64,000 bases of DNA, from IMG/VR virus record IMGVR_UViG_3300045988_139610; one strand, given 5' to 3'. The stretch comes from a virus. A program made the translations under genes and the position numbers. Positions within the stretch are counted from its first letter, which is position 1. Each line of letters begins with the position of its first letter. The notes below the pieces were generated by a model. The model was given only the letters and a program-made list of their open reading frames with translations, was not told the origin of the DNA and searched no databases. Positions 61,648-64,000 of the stretch are shown here, one piece after another.

Positions 61648-61676
61648 AGTATATATCATATGGTATATTTTGTCAA
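61648..61676 (-). promoter_or_regulatory. class-A sigma-A-type promoter of the recombinase gene
   Basis: Sense TTGACA-N17-TATACT. Confidence 0.65.
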
Positions 61677-61710
61677 TAGATTTATTAATAATTTTTACAA
61701 TCTTTTTGAA

Positions 61711-61744
61711 CTATAAAAGAATAGACTAGAATAAAATCTAGCCT
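61711..61744 (-). terminator. probable terminator after the lipoprotein gene
   Basis: Sense AGGCTAGA-TTTTAT-TCTAGTCT (one G-U pair) followed by ATTCTTTTAT. The stem sequence is nearly the same as the terminator at 55961..55988. Confidence 0.5.
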
Positions 61745-61779
61745 ATCAATTAATATTATTTGTCATCATTTTAGTTCTT

Positions 61780-62262
61780 TTATTGATTCATGTTATCTGC
61801 TATGTTAAATACAATTTCACCATCTTTTATTATCAAATAACAAGTTCCCTCCCTATCCTTTGCGTCACAAATTTGAATTGTAAAGCTAACATTAGTGTAA
61901 CCTTTGTCGTTTAAGTATTCTTTTAAGGTACTAGATGTTTCTTTTAATGTATCTAACAGATTATCCCATTTACCAGTATATATAGCATTAGATACCTCAT
62001 CATATTGGAAATAGTTAGTTAATACTAAACCATCTTTTTCCATTTTATAAACGTAATCTTTTCCATAGAATATTTCATCCACCTTATTTTCGGTTAAATA
62101 ATATGCTATTTCTACCAGTTGTTGTTTTTGTTTATCTTTTGCTTCCTCATCCATTTGTTGAGTTGTATTTTCTGGCACAGAATCAAGTTCAACATCTTTG
62201 CATCCTATCATAGATATTGATAACATCCCTGTTAATATTAGTACTGATAATTTTTTATTCAT
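61780..62262 (-). CDS. lipoprotein
   Basis: AAGGAGG lies 9 nt before the ATG at 62260-62262. Signal peptide MNKKLSVLILTGMLSISMIGC with lipobox Cys. Confidence 0.7.
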   Translation of the reverse strand: MNKKLSVLILTGMLSISMIGCKDVELDSVPENTTQQMDEEAKDKQKQQLVEIAYYLTENKVDEIFYGKDYVYKMEKDGLVLTNYFQYDEVSNAIYTGKWDNLLDTLKETSSTLKEYLNDKGYTNVSFTIQICDAKDREGTCYLIIKDGEIVFNIADNMNQ

Positions 62263-62294
62263 AATTACCAACCTCCTTATGTTTTATATCATTA

Positions 62295-62324
62295 ATTATA
62301 TCATATTTCACTATCATTTGTCAA
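62295..62324 (-). promoter_or_regulatory. class-A sigma-A-type promoter
   Basis: Sense TTGACA-N18-TATAAT with a TG extension. Confidence 0.65.
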
Positions 62325-62332
62325 CAGTTTTA

Positions 62333-62944
62333 TTAATTATTTTCACCATCATTTACCATTATATTGTTTAATTTAATATATCCTTTTTCTTTATTATCAT
62401 ATATTCTTAATTTACCATAATCATCTTGATGTCTTCCATATAATAACAATTGAATTATTTTCTCTTTTGATAATCTATCTCTAGTGCCAACTAATTTTCC
62501 ACATTCATTACAATATATATGATAACGGTGATAATCTTTTTCTAATTCTAGATTAGGTGTAAAAAATTCATCATCATTCACTTTGTATTTACAGCAAAGT
62601 TCTTTCCATTCTTTATAATGACTTGTATTTCTACCATGTTTCTTGTCAGACAATAAATGGATTAATTCATGTTGGATAATATGTTTAACCGTATCATTAT
62701 CATATGAGTTAATACGTTTACTAAATTTAAATTTCACTGGTGATATAAACTCACCACTTCTCTTATATTTGCCACTAAAATAGCCCATGCTTGATTTAAG
62801 TCTACCGTCTATTGATATTGGAATAATATCAATTACATCACCAATTGTTTCTCTATCATCTTTATCCATTTTTAATACAAAATCCTTCATGTAATTTCTT
62901 ATTTCGTCTGATGTCCAGGTCTTATTAACACTTTTCCCCATCAT
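62333..62944 (-). CDS. SprT-like zinc metalloprotease
   Basis: HExxH in IIQHELIHLL. C-terminal CNECGKLV zinc-ribbon-like motif. Confidence 0.6.
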   Translation of the reverse strand: MMGKSVNKTWTSDEIRNYMKDFVLKMDKDDRETIGDVIDIIPISIDGRLKSSMGYFSGKYKRSGEFISPVKFKFSKRINSYDNDTVKHIIQHELIHLLSDKKHGRNTSHYKEWKELCCKYKVNDDEFFTPNLELEKDYHRYHIYCNECGKLVGTRDRLSKEKIIQLLLYGRHQDDYGKLRIYDNKEKGYIKLNNIMVNDGENN

Positions 62945-63081
62945 TCAATCCCCCAATATTATTTATTAATTATTTTTACTATCATTGCCAAGAGCTTTTA
63001 AAAAATTTATTAATTATTTTTATTAATTATTTTGATAATCTTTTTAGCAGGTTTTAAAGGATTACCTGCAAACCTTTTATA

Positions 63082-63519
63082 TTATGGTAGTAATGTATAC
63101 ATACCACTTTTTAGCATCTTTATTAAACCAGTTAATGTTGTTGTGCTAGTGTATGGAAATACATGTACTGGATAATGTGCATAACCACCACTGTAGCTCA
63201 TACCTGTATAAGTAATAATACCAGTTGATGTTGTTGATACTATCAACAAAGATGTAGGAATTTTAGCACTATGCACACATACGTATTTGTGGTGAGTACC
63301 ACGCAATGCTATTTTATAACCTACAAGGTAAGGCAACATTGTTGCTGGAGTACTAGACGCTTTTAGAGTGCAAATTACTTTGCTTATGTGTGGTTTTACA
63401 GTTGCTGGAGTAATGTATGTTATTACTGGTGATGTTGATACTGGTTTACTTGATAAACTTTTTGCTAATGCTAAAGTAGTCATTGTTACTGTGCTTGGTA
63501 ATGTTATATATTTGCTCAT
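63082..63519 (-). CDS. Thr/Ser/Pro-rich hypothetical protein (compositional outlier)
   Basis: 145-aa ORF with A/T-ending codons (ACA, CCA, GTA, TCA), GAAAGGGG upstream, and its own class-A promoter. Confidence 0.5.
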   Translation of the reverse strand: MSKYITLPSTVTMTTLALAKSLSSKPVSTSPVITYITPATVKPHISKVICTLKASSTPATMLPYLVGYKIALRGTHHKYVCVHSAKIPTSLLIVSTTSTGIITYTGMSYSGGYAHYPVHVFPYTSTTTLTGLIKMLKSGMYTLLP

Positions 63520-63557
63520 ATTATAAAACCCCTTTCAATTATCTTAATCTTAATATT

Positions 63558-63586
63558 ATCATATATGATTTTAACTAAGATGTCAA
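63558..63586 (-). promoter_or_regulatory. class-A sigma-A-type promoter
   Basis: Sense TTGACA-N17-TATGAT. Confidence 0.65.
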
Positions 63587-63657
63587 GAGCTTTTTAAAAA
63601 ATTTATTAATTATTTTTACTATCATTTCAAGAGCTGGAAGGTTATTTAAAACCCTCC

Positions 63658-63969
63658 TTAATTACCATTCTTTTTCATATATTCAAAATCTCTAATTCTA
63701 TATTTTATTTCATATTCCATACCACACAATGCATCTGAAATCTTATCTGTTAAATCTTCAATTGTATTTTCTTTGTCAATTTCGACTATATCCTCTAATA
63801 AATAATCTATCATAATTAATTTTTTTTCTATTTTATTACGTTCATCATGAGTCAAATATCTAGCAGTAGCATATATGCATTTTTCTTCTTGTTCGTATTC
63901 ACAATTACCTCCCCACATCTTATTATAATCACAATTTACACATACATTTTTATCCATAATAATTATCAT
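63658..63969 (-). CDS. small Cys-rich protein
   Basis: VCVNCDYNKMWGGNCEYEQEEKCIY. The true start may be the ATG at 63955-63957 (MDKNV..). Confidence 0.5.
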   Translation of the reverse strand: MIIIMDKNVCVNCDYNKMWGGNCEYEQEEKCIYATARYLTHDERNKIEKKLIMIDYLLEDIVEIDKENTIEDLTDKISDALCGMEYEIKYRIRDFEYMKKNGN

Positions 63970-64000
63970 CTCCTTATATAAACAATATCATATTTAGCCA

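Noticed and set aside
861-63618. The highly repeated 17-mer as a CRISPR array or other tandem-repeat locus.
   Set aside because: The copies are separated by whole genes of very variable length (about 0.1 to 3.4 kb), overlap stop codons and promoters, and are not palindromic. Nothing resembles a repeat-spacer array or cas genes, apart from a stand-alone Cas4-like nuclease of the kind common in phages.
1-64000. tRNA, rRNA or tmRNA genes and group I introns in the larger intergenic gaps (9362-9638, 23853-24087, 46576-46845, 47521-47720, 59052-59361).
   Set aside because: I could not fold any cloverleaf (no GTTC-type T-arm with matching acceptor stems) or find rRNA-like conserved blocks. All large genes apart from the intein-bearing RNR are continuous, so there is no evidence for introns. 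A tRNAscan or Infernal run would be the proper check.

Overview
The whole 64-kb window is one co-directional, minus-strand gene array. It comes from a very AT-rich (by eye about one quarter G+C, not computed) large Firmicutes/Clostridium-type phage or phage-plasmid. In the sense direction (64000 -> 1) there are three blocks. (1) An early/regulatory block of many small genes, most with their own consensus sigma-A promoter: tyrosine recombinase, SprT-like protease, lipoprotein, several Rha/BRO/KilAC antirepressor-like proteins, two tandem small sigma factors and pentapeptide-repeat proteins. (2) A plasmid-style maintenance block: a Rep-like protein with 21-bp iterons and ParM/ParR-like partition genes. 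(3) A replication, recombination and nucleotide-metabolism block: ATP-dependent ligase, ClpP-like protease, HNH-like/MBL beta-CASP nuclease, DNA methyltransferases, SSB-like protein, Sak4-like ATPase, DHH phosphoesterase, AAA+ ATPase, GH13 enzyme, DnaB, primase, Cas4-like nuclease, Pol III alpha, ThyX, DGQHR/DndB-like protein, Dcm, Tdk, SF2 helicase-like ATPase, intein-containing RNR, RecU and dUTPase. Selfish elements are an ISL3-family IS with an 8-bp target duplication, a LAGLIDADG intein, one HNH gene and four paralogous AP2-type homing-endonuclease-like genes. The non-coding layer is the most unusual part. One oriented 15-17-mer (sense TAAAAATAATTAATAAA) sits at more than 45 gene boundaries. 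There are 14 copies of a fixed-geometry phage-type promoter/leader (class B) and 16 sigma-A promoters (class A). Two diverged copies of a ~230-bp structured element also occur. Five genes carry single stop or frame disruptions, three of them +1 breaks next to C-runs within or just before catalytic motifs. I recognised no tRNA, rRNA, CRISPR array or virion structural genes. All calls come from hand translation and motif recognition; no searches were run.
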